NCBI RefSeq assembly: GCF_009914755.1
Contig: NC_060930.1
Length of the DNA: 64,000 bases
Strand: one strand, 5' to 3'
Source of the DNA: the human T2T-CHM13v2.0 reference genome, Homo sapiens
The stretch's first letter is position 1. The number at the start of each line of letters is the position of its first letter. Position numbers and translations under genes: made by a program. Shown one piece after another: positions 42,257 through 58,400 of the stretch. The notes beneath the pieces are model-generated. The model was not told the DNA's origin, searched no databases, and saw only the letters and a list, made by a program, of their open reading frames with translations.

Positions 42257-42640
42257 CACACTTAGGCATCACTTAGTGACAGGGATATATTCTGAGAAAT
42301 GCATCATTAGGTGATTTCATCATTGTGCAAACATCAAAGAGCATACTTATATGAACCTAGATGGTATGGCCTCCTACACACCTGGGCTGTATGCTATAAT
42401 GTATTGCTGCTAGGCTGCAAATCTGTACAGCATGTTACTATACTATTATAGGGTATTATAACACGATGATAAATATTTGTGTGTCTAAACATATCTAACA
42501 TAGAAAAAATAAAGATACAGCATAAAAGATAAAAAAAAAATGGTATACCTGTATAGGGTAGCTCCATTGTAATCTCATGGGGCAACCATTGTATATGCAG
42601 TTTGTCATTGACAGAAATGTCATTATGTGGCACATGGCTG
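42257..42640 (+). mobile_element. Tigger3a-type TcMar DNA transposon
   Basis: ttctgagaaatgcatcattaggtgatttcatcattgtgcaaacatc...gtcattgacagaaatgtcattatgtggcacatggctg; TA flanks. Confidence 0.85.
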
Positions 42641-42685
42641 TATATATGACCACTAGGTGTATGTGATCTCATGGTCATATATACA

Positions 42686-43265
42686 TTTGACCTTACACAA
42701 TTATGACAGCTGGTTAAACAGTCTAGGTAAAGATCTTGCATCTGTGTTGAAGCTTGAAGTCAGTAGGGCAAGCAACTGGGAGGAGAAAAATAACGTGTGA
42801 AGTGACAGGAACAGAGAAGGCCAACTGGAACCCAGAAGCGCAAACTGGAACTCATGACACACTGGAACCCACAGTGATTACTCACCACCCTCAGGCCTCC
42901 TAGAGGATGATGAGGTGTTTTTTTATGGCAAAACTAAACACACATCTGGCTGAGAAGTCCGAGAAGCTGAAGGAGGATCTGGTGGAAGCTGGAGCAGCTC
43001 CATGCCCATTGTTGCCCGATGCTAACAAGGTGAGCTAGCAGCTGGATAAACAGCAACACCAACGTGGATAAGCTGCAGCAGCACCTGGTGCCTCTGCACC
43101 TACTTTCTGAGCATTAAAAGAATATCATTGCCTCTTCTGCCTTCCAGATCTTGCCCAAAATGTCTCTTGTGACCCATGCTAACATGAAACTATGGAGGGA
43201 ATGAAATTTTGGGAGATGTAGTTTCGGCTTAGCTAAGTTGACATAGTATAAATTCTCTATATTCC
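42686..43265 (-). mobile_element. ERVL-class LTR (3' LTR of provirus remnant)
   Basis: Collinear, diverged homology with 51632-52215 (e.g. gccttccagatc...tgtgacccatgcta vs gccttccaaatg...tatggcccatgcta). Confidence 0.65.
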
Positions 43266-44305
43266 ACTGTCAACTTGCCATTGATATCTACCTCCTTTTA
43301 CCATGTTTAACTTACAAATATGACAAGATCATGCTTCTGCCTAACTGAAAACATAGTGACCCTCTATCCCAACAATACTGAGTGTATTTACCCATCTTTA
43401 GGTGATGTGCATTCCTCTTCTAGCTGACAACTGAGATACGGGCTTAACTACTATTAACACATGTCACATGGTAGAAGAATAGGACAGAGGAAGCAAAGAC
43501 ATTTTTTACATCAAAATAAGAAATAATTGAGCTATTACAGTCTTTGTTTCTATAACACACCATGTGGTCATAGCTGTAAATGAAACTACCACCTTCCACT
43601 ACCTATTTCCTATTCCCTTTGCCCTCAGCAAGCACTTCAGATAGTCATGGTTCCTTGCCTGAGAGAGTCACCTTAGCCTTCATTCCTGAAGAGTCTGGGC
43701 CATTAGCAGTCCTGCCTAAATTAGGTTGATACAGTTTTTTTGATTGACTTAGTCCAGAACATAGGAAAAATGAAGAAAAGCCCTATGAGGTCTCCTGCCT
43801 TCCAGACATGTTCCTCCTTACCTCATTAAGTAACAGCCCCATTTCCTCTTGATAATCAGGATCGATCTTCCCAGCCACCACTGTAGCTCCCTTCTTTGCC
43901 TGAAAATTGGCTGGCATGAGTTGTACAAAGAGGCAGGTGGCAGCTTCAACTTTCAGTTTTGTGAACCCACTGCTGTGTCTCCTGGTGGAAGCATTCCTCA
44001 CTTGGAATGTAATATATCTAAGATCATCAGAGTCATAAGTCCTGAGTACAAGAAGCAAAAATTTCACTAGTTGATTGCTAATGAGAAGCGCTACTCCATT
44101 TCTAGCCCTTTGATTCCTAGGTGTGTGAATTCTAGCTATAGGAGAAATAGCCACTACTTATTGGTCCCTGATATAAAGCATATACCATATTCTGGAGGAC
44201 ATTACTCCAGCCCTTGTGTTGCTATCCATAATTGAGTCTTCAAAAAGCCATTGTTGCATTCCATCAGGCAAGCTGCTTCACAATGATAAAGAATATAATC
44301 AGAAT
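43266..44305 (-). mobile_element. ERVL internal remnant (integrase/dUTPase region)
   Basis: Minus-strand peptides AKKGATVVAGKIDPDYQEEMGLLL (dUTPase-like) and YHCEAACLMECNNGFLKTQL (integrase, cf. HPEAAGLIERWNGLLK). Confidence 0.8.
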
Positions 44306-44756
44306 TGGTGGAGCCAAGATGGCAGGATAGGAACAGCTCCGGTCTATAGCTCCCAGCGTGAGCGACGCAGAAGACGGGTGATTTCTGCATTTCCATCTGA
44401 GGTACTGGGTTCATCTCACTAGGGAGTGCCAGACAGTGGGCACAGGACAGTGGGTGTAGCGCATCGTGCGTGAGCTGAAGCAGGGCGACGCATTGCCTCA
44501 CTTGGGAAGCGCAAGGGGTCAGGGAGTTCCCTTCCCTAGTCAAAGAAAGGGGTGACAGATGGCACCTGGAAAATCGGGTTACTCCCACCCCAATACTGTG
44601 CATTTCTGACGGGCTTAAAAAAAAGCGCACCAGGAGATTATATCCCACACCTGGCTCCGAGGGTCCTACGCCCACAGAGTCTTGCTGATTGCTAGCACAG
44701 CAGCCTGAGATCAAACTGCAAGGTGGCAGCGAGGCTGGGGGAGGGGTGCCCACCAT
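44202..44756 (-). other. L1 ORF0-like antisense ORF, extended to 184 aa
   Basis: The N-terminal ~65 aa (MVGTPPPASLPPCSLISGCCASNQQDSVGVGPSEPGVGY...) match L1 ORF0 (MAGAPPPASLPPCSLISDCCASNQRDSVGVGPSEPGVGY); ATG context gcaATGG. Confidence 0.7.
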
Positions 44757-45338
44757 TGCCAGGCTTGCTTAGGAAAACAAAGCAGCCCAGAAGCTCGAAC
44801 TGGGTGGAGCCCACCACAGCTCAAGGAGGCCTGCCTGCCTCTGTAGGCTCCACCTCTGGGGGCAGCGCACAGACAAACAAAAAGACAGCAGTAACCTCTG
44901 CAGACTTAAATGTCCCTGTCTGACAGCTTTGAAGAGAGCAGTGGTTCTCCCAGCATGCAGATGGAGATCTGAGAACGGGCAGACTGCCTCCTTAAGTGGG
45001 TCCCTGACCCCTGACCCCCGAGCAGCCTAACTGGGAGGCACCCCCCATTAGGGGCAGACTGACACCTCACACGGCCGGGTACTCCTCTGAGACAAAACTT
45101 CCAGAGGAACGATCAGACAGCAGCATTCGCGATTCATGAAAATCCACTGTTCTGCAGCCACCGCTGCTGGTACCCAGGCAAACAGGGTCGGGAGTGGACC
45201 TCTAGCAAACTCCAACAGACCTGCAGCTGAGGGTCCTGTCTGTTAGAAGTAAAACCAACAAACAGAAAGGACATCCACACCAAAAACCCATCTGTACATC
45301 ACCATCATCAAAGACCAAAAGTAGGTAAAACTACAAAG

Positions 45339-46352
45339 ACGGGGGAAAAAACAGAGCAGAAAAATTGGAAACTCTAAAAAGCAGAGCGCCTCTCCTCCTC
45401 CAAAGGAACACAGCTCACCAGCAATGGAACAAAGCTGGACGGAGGATGACTTTGACGAGTTGAGAGAAGAAGGCTTCGGATGATCAAACTACTCCGAGCT
45501 ACAGGAGGAAATTCAAACCAAGGCAAAGAAGTTGAAAACTTTGAAAAAAATTTAGACGAATGTACAACTAGAATAACCAATACAGAGAAGTGCTTAAAGG
45601 AGCTGACGGACCTGAGAGCCAAGGCTCGAGAACTACGTGAAGAATGCAGAAGCCTCAGGAGCCGATGCGATCAACTGGAAGAAAGGGTATCAGTGATGGA
45701 AGATCAAATGAATGAAATCAGCGGAGAAGGGAAGTTTAGAGAAAAAAGAATAAAAAGAAACGAACAAAGCCTCCAAGAAATATGGGACTATGTGAAAAGA
45801 CCAAATCTACGTCTGATTGGTGTACCTGGAAGGGACGGGGAGAATGGAATCAAGTTGGAACACACTCTGCAGGATATTATCCAGGAGAACTTCCCCAATC
45901 TAGCAAGGCAGGCCAACATTCAGATTCAGGAAATACAGAGAACGCCACAAAGATACTCCTCGAGAAGAGCAACTCCAAGACACATAATTGTCAGATTCAC
46001 CAAAGTTGAAATGAAGGAAAAAATGCTAAGGGCAGCCAGAGAGAAAGATCAGGTTACCCACCAAGGGCAGCCCATCAGACTGACAGCTGATCTCTCAGCA
46101 GAAACTCTACAAGCCAGAAGAGAGTGGGGGCCAATATTCAATATTCTTAAAGAAAAGAATTTTCAACCCAGAATTTCCTATCCAGCCAAACTAAGCTTCA
46201 TAAGTGAAGGAGAAATAAAATACTTTACAGACAAGCAAATGCTGAGAGATTTTGTCACCACCAGGCCTCCCCTAAAAGAGCTCCTGAAGGAAGCACTAAA
46301 CATAAAAAGGAACAACCGGTACCAGCCAGTGCAAAATCAGGCCAAACTGTAA
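45339..46352 (+). pseudogene. L1 ORF1p, disabled (ATG>ACG, N-terminal frameshifts)
   Basis: The 290-aa ORF at 45480 contains ORF1p coiled-coil/RRM/CTD sequence (WDYVKRPNLRLIGVP, ARREWGPIFNILKEKNFQPRISYPAKLSF). Confidence 0.92.
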
Positions 46353-46415
46353 AGACTGTCAAGGCTAGGAAGAAACTGCATCAACTAACAAGCAAAATAA
46401 CCAGTTAACATCATA

Positions 46416-50243
<3,828 letters not shown>

Positions 50244-50485
50244 ACAATGAGAACACATGGACACAGGAAGGGGAACATCACACACCAGGGATGGTTGTAG
50301 GGTGGGGGGTAGGGGGAGGGATAGCATTAGGAGATATACCTAATGCTAAATGATGAGTTAATGGGTGCAGCACACCAGCATGGCACATGTATACATATGT
50401 AACTAACCTGCACGTTGTGCACTTGTACCCTAAAACTTAAAGTATAATAATAATAAAATAAAATAAAAAGAAGAAGAAGAACTCA

Positions 50486-51421
<936 letters not shown>

Positions 51422-51441
51422 TTCTGGTGAAGAAAAAAAAA

Positions 51442-52215
51442 TAATGTATCAGTGAATTCCATGAGTTTGAACTCATCACCATACTTCATTAGCTGTTATC
51501 ACCAGGAACAAGGTCATTAATGACTCAATCCAGTCACATTGGAGAATCCATTTTGATAACACAAAACCATTTCCAAGAATCTACTCTTAAAATCCTGTTG
51601 TGAAACCACTTCCAGTATCAAAACCACTTCCTGTAGCAGTCAGGGTTCAATCAGAGAAACAGAACCACTGGGATTTATTAAAAGAATTTGACTTTACATA
51701 TTTGTGGGAACTTCTTAAACAATCTATGTAGCATTATTATCTTTATATCTAGGGTGGGGATTTGAGGCCACTGGAAAGGGAAATTGAATGTGAAGATGGG
51801 AGAGAGAGGAAAACCTGAAACCCACAAAGATGGGCTAGAAACTGTGTTGTTCTCTCCTTGGCTCCAAGCCTCCAATTTTGATGACCTGGGTGTCCTATAG
51901 GAGGTACAGATGCATTTGGCCCAGAAGTCAGACAAGCTGATGGAGCATCTGGTAGGAGCTAGAGTAGCTGCGTGCCCAGCACTGCCTGCCACACACCAAC
52001 GAGGTGAGCCAGCACATAAGCGATAATATGTGAGAGCTGCATCAGTGCTTGGTTCACCAACTACCACGTGTAAAAGGATATGACTCCTGCTTCTGCCTTC
52101 CAAATGTCATGCAAAATATATCGTATGGCCCATGCTACAGGGAACTATCCAGAGAAGGTGATAGTGGGAAATATAGTTCATCGTCACTGAGTTGGAATAA
52201 TACAAATCCACCAGA
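51442..52215 (-). mobile_element. ERVL internal remnant, PBS-side leader and 5' LTR (LTR ~51632-52215)
   Basis: Integrase sequence resumes (cagtgaattccatgag). An ERVL leader-like stretch (cttaaaatcctgtt...aaccacttccagtatcaaaa) abuts tgtagcagtcagggttcaatcagagaaacagaacc. Confidence 0.7.
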
Positions 52216-53045
52216 ATATGTAACCTTTGAGGGAATATGATGAACTGAAACAGATCTCACTAATGAGATAGCAGTCTTTCAGATAGCCGTGGTGTGCCAG
52301 TTTCAACTTTTTCTGTCGTAAGTGTTGTGAACACTTTTTCTGTCTTATAGATATTCAGTGAAGTATACCGGGTATCCTGATTATTTTTAGAATTGTTGTT
52401 GCTAGCAGTCAAAACCCACATTAAATAACCCAATCTCTGCAGTTTATAGTATATTATGTTGAATAGACAGAGAGAGTATGCTGTTTTGAACAGAACATGG
52501 AGGTATAATTGGACTGTGGCCAGATGGCTATCTAAATATAGTTCAATGCAGATAGGATCCGTTTCTTGTTAAAAGTTTTTACATCTGCTCTCTAAACAGA
52601 CTTTTTTTCTCTGTTTTCAAAGGGAATGTGTTTGTGTATTTACCTTTCCAAATTCACTTTTCCATTGTGAAGATCGAGCATCAGTAAAGGGGTAAAAGTG
52701 ATGCCTACTTGAGGACAATGTTGATTCCTATGTTATAGATATTGCTAGAAGTTGAGCGGGGATAGTGGGGCATGAAGAAACATCCTTATTCCTTCCCAGA
52801 TTCTAACAAAATAGAGAACAGGCTCACAAACTATCAGCTTCATTAGTTGTTAATCACCCCTGGACTTAGAGGCTTCTGTAAACTATGGTGGTCATATAGC
52901 TTAGACTAAGCCAATGGGACCTTCTTCCCCCTGATTCTTGGGGATTGGCTGTGAACACCAAATATACAGTGCAGCTATCAGTGTATCACTTGTCTATTCT
53001 AACCTCCTGCAAGATGAGCATGCTGGCCTCATGTACCCAGTCACT

Positions 53046-53180
53046 GTTGAAAACCATAATGTTCTGAGTCAGGGTCCCTGTTTTGTCAGAGAACTCATGT
53101 TTGACCTGGCCAAGCTCCTCATTAAGGGTGGTGGTACGAGCCTGTGCTGGTATGTTCTTTGCTTCATAAAACATCTTCCA
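53046..53180 (-). pseudogene. Isolated fragment of an ATP8B-subfamily P4-ATPase (phospholipid flippase) gene
   Basis: [45 protein letters not shown], with the P-type ATPase phosphorylation motif DKTGT at 53073-53087. Confidence 0.9.
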
Positions 53181-53539
53181 GGACAGGGAGAGAGTGACCA
53201 AGAATAGGCCTATCCATGATGGGGGAACAGATGGGCTTCTGGTAAGAGAGTAGCAGGAAGTTAAAATGAGGGCTTGAATGAATAACCATGCCCCTCATCT
53301 GATTTCATGGAGGTTCATGGGGGCAAAAGGGCCTGCCACGCATGAACCATGTACCCTACCCACCAAAAACCTGGGACATTCTGCTTCCTGGGGGCAGGAA
53401 GTATAAGAGGTCAGAATAGGTCTCCCTGATCTTCACCCCTTGTGGATAGAGGAACAGAAGTCTTTAGTTATGCGAATGTTAGATGGAAGGAAAAATAACT
53501 AACAGATACTGATTAGTATAGATCTACAGTTACAAACTG

Positions 53540-54200
53540 CTTTCATATAAATATCTAGTCAATCCTTGCAATCATTTTGTGAAGATAACTGTTTTTCCTA
53601 TGAAAACAGCAAATACATTTTATTCTCCTTTACTGAAAAGAAAGCCAAAGTCCGAGGAGGCTACATGGCTAGCCCAAGGTCACCACAGTATCACTGTTAT
53701 TATAAAACCAGGACATAAACTAGGCCTTCTAACTGCAATTCACTCTCTTTGTACCAAGAGTGTTTTCAGGAAGAAATCTTGGAGATCATCCTGCCCAAGC
53801 TCCAGAAGACAAACCTCAGGCAATGGTGAATCTTCTGTGATTTTTATTAGGGCCTGCAATCCCAGGGAAGCAAGAGTGAGGGAAAAGGGAAGTTGGACAG
53901 GAGAGGAGTGAGAACCAAAGTGTATGTGACTGAGTCAGCCACTGCTTTGTAGCAAGCTAAGACAGCATTTGAGGGTATACTCTTTGTCAAGCACTGTTAT
54001 AGGATTTTACATGTAATAACTCTTAACCCTTGCAACAACCCTATAAGCTATGTAATTATTCTCATTTTATACAAATAAGGAACCAAGGTGCAGAGAGGTT
54101 ACACACCTTGCTCATGATCACTCTGCTAGCAAGTGCCAAGCTGTAGCTTAAAGACTGCTGTATGATGCTAGACACTGTACACTTAACCCCTCTGCTCCCC
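53540..54200 (-). mobile_element. Two MIR fragments (~53540-53750 and ~53960-54200)
   Basis: ctcattttatacaaataaggaaccaaggtgcagagaggttacacaccttgctc and similar. Confidence 0.7.
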
Positions 54201-55751
54201 TGGCTCTCTAGTACTGGAGCTTTCACACAGATGGTAAGCAGAAGAGGCAGGGGTTGGCCCATCCTCCCATGGCAAATCTGAAGCATTGATTAGTATGTAT
54301 ATACATTATATACCACCAAACCCTGAATGAAAGCTGCTTTAGGGCAGAAAATGTTCCATTCAAATCTACCATATGAAATCTACCTAATCACTAGTAGAAG
54401 CATACTTAGATACAATAGAATACATACTTTAATACGTACTTTAATAATTTAATAGAATACTTCTATTGTATTACAGATTGTTTTGAAGTTTTATTTGGGC
54501 AGGAGTTGAGGAGCAGAGAGCAAGGGCTGCTTTCATATTTAGGATATATTCTTTTGCAAGTGGCATTCTGATCAAAATTCTTAGATAATCAAAAGAATAT
54601 TGATTTTCAGGCCATCAGACCACTTATTTCTCCTGGTATAAGTAACAAAATCCTAGAATAAAAAGTAAACAAGACAGAATCAGGGCCATGGAGTCCTCTT
54701 AGTGATGAGAGGATAACAGTGCCACACAAAACCCCAAGATCACCTGGTATTACTTTATAGACATGTCTATGAAGTAATTCAGTTGAGTAGGTATATTTTC
54801 ATTGACATTAATCACTGTAAAGTCTGTTGTGAAAGGCGTAATCACAAAAGCTAGTTGACAACCAATCCCTAGTCTCCGAGGAACAGACAGCACTCAAAAT
54901 AGATTACATTTGTTGTACAGGTGTAACAAAGGCTACAGTGTCTTGCTTATAAGTCTTCTTCAGAGATTTAGTGAATCTTCGAAGAATTTAATGTCTTCTA
55001 AGAGGAGCTTCAGGGACATTCAGAAATGTCACAAGATAAAAATTGCCTAAGAACTACTAGTTTTTACAGGAAGCATTCTTAGTGTTCAACCTTTGATTTA
55101 CCTTATGTAGGTGACACCAGAGATGACAGCATGCTTTCCAGAGACTTTTGAAGTATAGTGATTTGTGGAGAATAGCATTATATAAAATCCATTTATAAAA
55201 ACAACTCTGTTTGCATCTTTAAAGCTGTAACTAAGTCAACGTTTTAATTTCCTTGGTTTTGACATTTGAAAAACACTCACTCCATTAAAAGCAGGGACTT
55301 TAAATATTTAGTGTATTCCCAGTGCAAAGAACAGTCAGGCCCGTAGAAATGTACAATATGTATAACTGGCTCAAGTCTGGCTGCTCACCACTCAGAGGCA
55401 GAAAATAGGAGAAGGGAGGTGTGGTGAAAGGAAAGCAACTTTATTCAAATGCCAGCAGTTGAGGAGTGGCCCGGCTTATGCACTTTAAAAACCATTCCAA
55501 ATCTTAGGCCGAGGGAAGGGGCTTTCAAAAGGGAGGCGTGGCACGGGAAATATGCAGGAGTAATGCTGGATGCAGGTCTGCGTGTCTTGCTTCAAGGGCT
55601 ACCTTGAACTATTGTCTACTTGCAGTGGTGGCTGCTGCCTTCTCAGTTGCAACCATGTTGTAGATTATTCGTCTTGAGGGTAAACTCGAAGGTGGGGAGA
55701 ACTGCACAGCTGGGCCTCCTTACCTGACTTGTTATAAAATTAGCCCCTGGA

Positions 55752-56188
<437 letters not shown>

Positions 56189-56313
56189 TCAACAAGCATG
56201 CAGTTAGATAAGTATGTATGGTGCAAGGGAATGTCTGGTGGGAAAGGGAAAGAAGCAGAGTTGAAAATTACTTTTTAAGGCTGCGTTTTAAGACTAAGAA
56301 AAAAGTGTCTACA

Positions 56314-57133
56314 CACTTCTCAAAAGAAGACATTTATGCAGCCAAAAAACACGTGAAAAAATGCTCATCATCACTGGCCATCAGAGAAATGCAAATCAAA
56401 ACCACAATGAGATACCATCTCACACCAGTTAGAATGGCGATCACTAAAAAGTCAGGAAACAACAGGTGCTGGAGAGGTTGTGGAGAAATAGGAACACTTT
56501 TACACTGTTGGTGGGACTGTAAACTAGTTCAACCATTGTGGAAGTCAGTGTGGCCATTCCTCAGGGATCTAGAAATAGAAATTCCATTTGACCCAGCCAT
56601 CCCATTACTGGGTATATACCCAAAGGATTATAAATCATGCTGCTATAAAGACACATGCACACGTATGTTTATTGCGGCACTATTCACAAAAGCAAAGACT
56701 TGGAACCAACCCAAATGTCCAACGTTGATAGACTGGATTAAGAAAATGTGGCACATATACACCATGGAATACTATGCAGCCATAAAAAATGATGAGTTCA
56801 CGTCCTTTGTAGGGACATGGATGAAGCTGGAAACCATCATTCTCAGCAAACTATGGCAAGGACAAAAAACCAAACACCGCATGTTCTCACTCATAGGTGG
56901 GAATTGAACAATGAGAACACATGGACACAGGAAGGGGAACATCACACACTGGGGACGGTTGTGGGGTGGGGGGAGGGGGGAGGGATAGCATTTGGAGATA
57001 TACCTAATGCTAAATGACGAGTTAATGGGTGCAGCACACCAACATGGCACATGTATACATATGTAACTTGTGCACATGTACCCTAAAACTTAAAGTATAA
57101 TAATAATAAAATAAAATTAAATTAAATTAAAAA
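56314..57133 (+). mobile_element. 5'-truncated L1PA (L1PA4-like)
   Basis: ORF2 C-terminus, 3' UTR and tail; perfect 18-bp TSD aagaaaaaagtgtctaca (56296-56313 / 57134-57151). Confidence 0.96.
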
Positions 57134-57167
57134 AAGAAAAAAGTGTCTACAGTCTGTTTCACGGTTA

Positions 57168-57590
57168 CTTTTTTTTTTGGTGAAATGATCTTTAATAATA
57201 TATTTTATATAACACAGTGTATCCAAAATGCTATCATTTCAACATGTAATCAATATACAAATATTAATAATGTATTTTTTTTTATTATACTTTAAGTTCT
57301 GGGTTACATGTGCAGAACGTGCAGTTTTGTTACATACGTATACACGTGCCATGGTGGTTTGCTGCATCCACCAACCCATTGTCTACATTAGGTGTTTCTC
57401 CTAATGCTATCCCTCCCCTAGCCCCCCACCCCCATACAGGCCCCGGTGTGTGATATTCCCCTCCCTGTGTCCATGTGTTCTCATTGTTCAACTCCCACTT
57501 ATGAGTGTTTGGGTTTCTGATCTTGTGATAGTTTTCTGAGAATGATGGCTTCTAGCTTCATCCATGTCCCTGCAAAGGACATGAACTCAT
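57168..57590 (-). mobile_element. 5'-truncated L1PA6/7-type element with a 3'-transduced MER3/MER33-like fragment
   Basis: L1 3' end at 57272-57590, ~95 bp of extra sequence, second poly(T) at 57168-57178; TSD ttcacggttac/ttcaagattac. Confidence 0.85.
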
Positions 57591-57755
57591 TCAAGATTAC
57601 ATCTTAAGACTAGAGAGAAAGGAGGGGGAAAAAAGGTTTTAAAATGCATTTTGAAGCTAAAGCTACTCAGTTACATAAAGAATGAAAGAATGTGAATAAT
57701 TCTGAAAGAGAAGCATTTTCATGTGCAGTATGGTGATGCTAGTTGCATTATAGGT

Positions 57756-57794
57756 AATGGCCAAAACGGTAATTCTTTTTGCATCACCCTAATA
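57756..57794. mobile_element. Half MADE1 (mariner MITE)
   Basis: taatggccaaaacggtaattctttttgcatcaccctaata resembles the MADE1 right arm. Confidence 0.6.
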
Positions 57795-58199
57795 CTTAGC
57801 ACTGTCCTTGGAAAGTGAGCTCCGGACCCAGGAACATCACCAGTAGCAACCTATTCACAAGTGAGGAAGACAGCCTCAATCTCTCTTAATGGAGGCACTT
57901 TATACTATAGATCACTCCAGTTCCTTTTGTTTCTGATTTATACTGACCAAGCAATATTTTGAATAGAATTTAGCTTCCTGGGTAACTCTTGAATTTAGTA
58001 AGAGACTGTGCTAAATTATTGATTCAAGCGCTCTAGTCTTTCTTGTCAGTTTTATTTCTCATTGTATATTTATAAATTATAACTCTTTTAATGAATCAGT
58101 CTCCTGTGAATTTGATGAGCATGAATCTCGTATCCATAAATGTCTTACCAATTTTTGATGTGCTGACAAAAATGACCTTTTAGCCTTGCAAAGTTGTAG

Positions 58200-58400
58200 G
58201 AAAAAAATATCATTTTTGGAGGCAGACAGATCTGAGTTTAATTCTTAACTCTAACGACTGAATGTGTGAGCTGAAGGAGGTGGCAATTTTTCTGAGCTTC
58301 AGTTTCATGATTTCCTATTATGAAAATGTGGGCAGTAAGTGGGGATAAGATGAGATATCACAAGCAAAGTGCCTATAGAGGGCTTGTTGTAAATGCAGTG
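58200..58400 (+). mobile_element. MIR SINE
   Basis: ttggaggcagacagatctgagttt...tctgagcttcagtttc. Confidence 0.65.

Noticed and set aside
52986-53201. Functional 71-aa ATPase gene
   Set aside because: The ORF starts at a non-ATG codon, only ~45 aa are homologous, there are no canonical splice sites at the homology edges and no other exons are seen; treated as a pseudogenic fragment.
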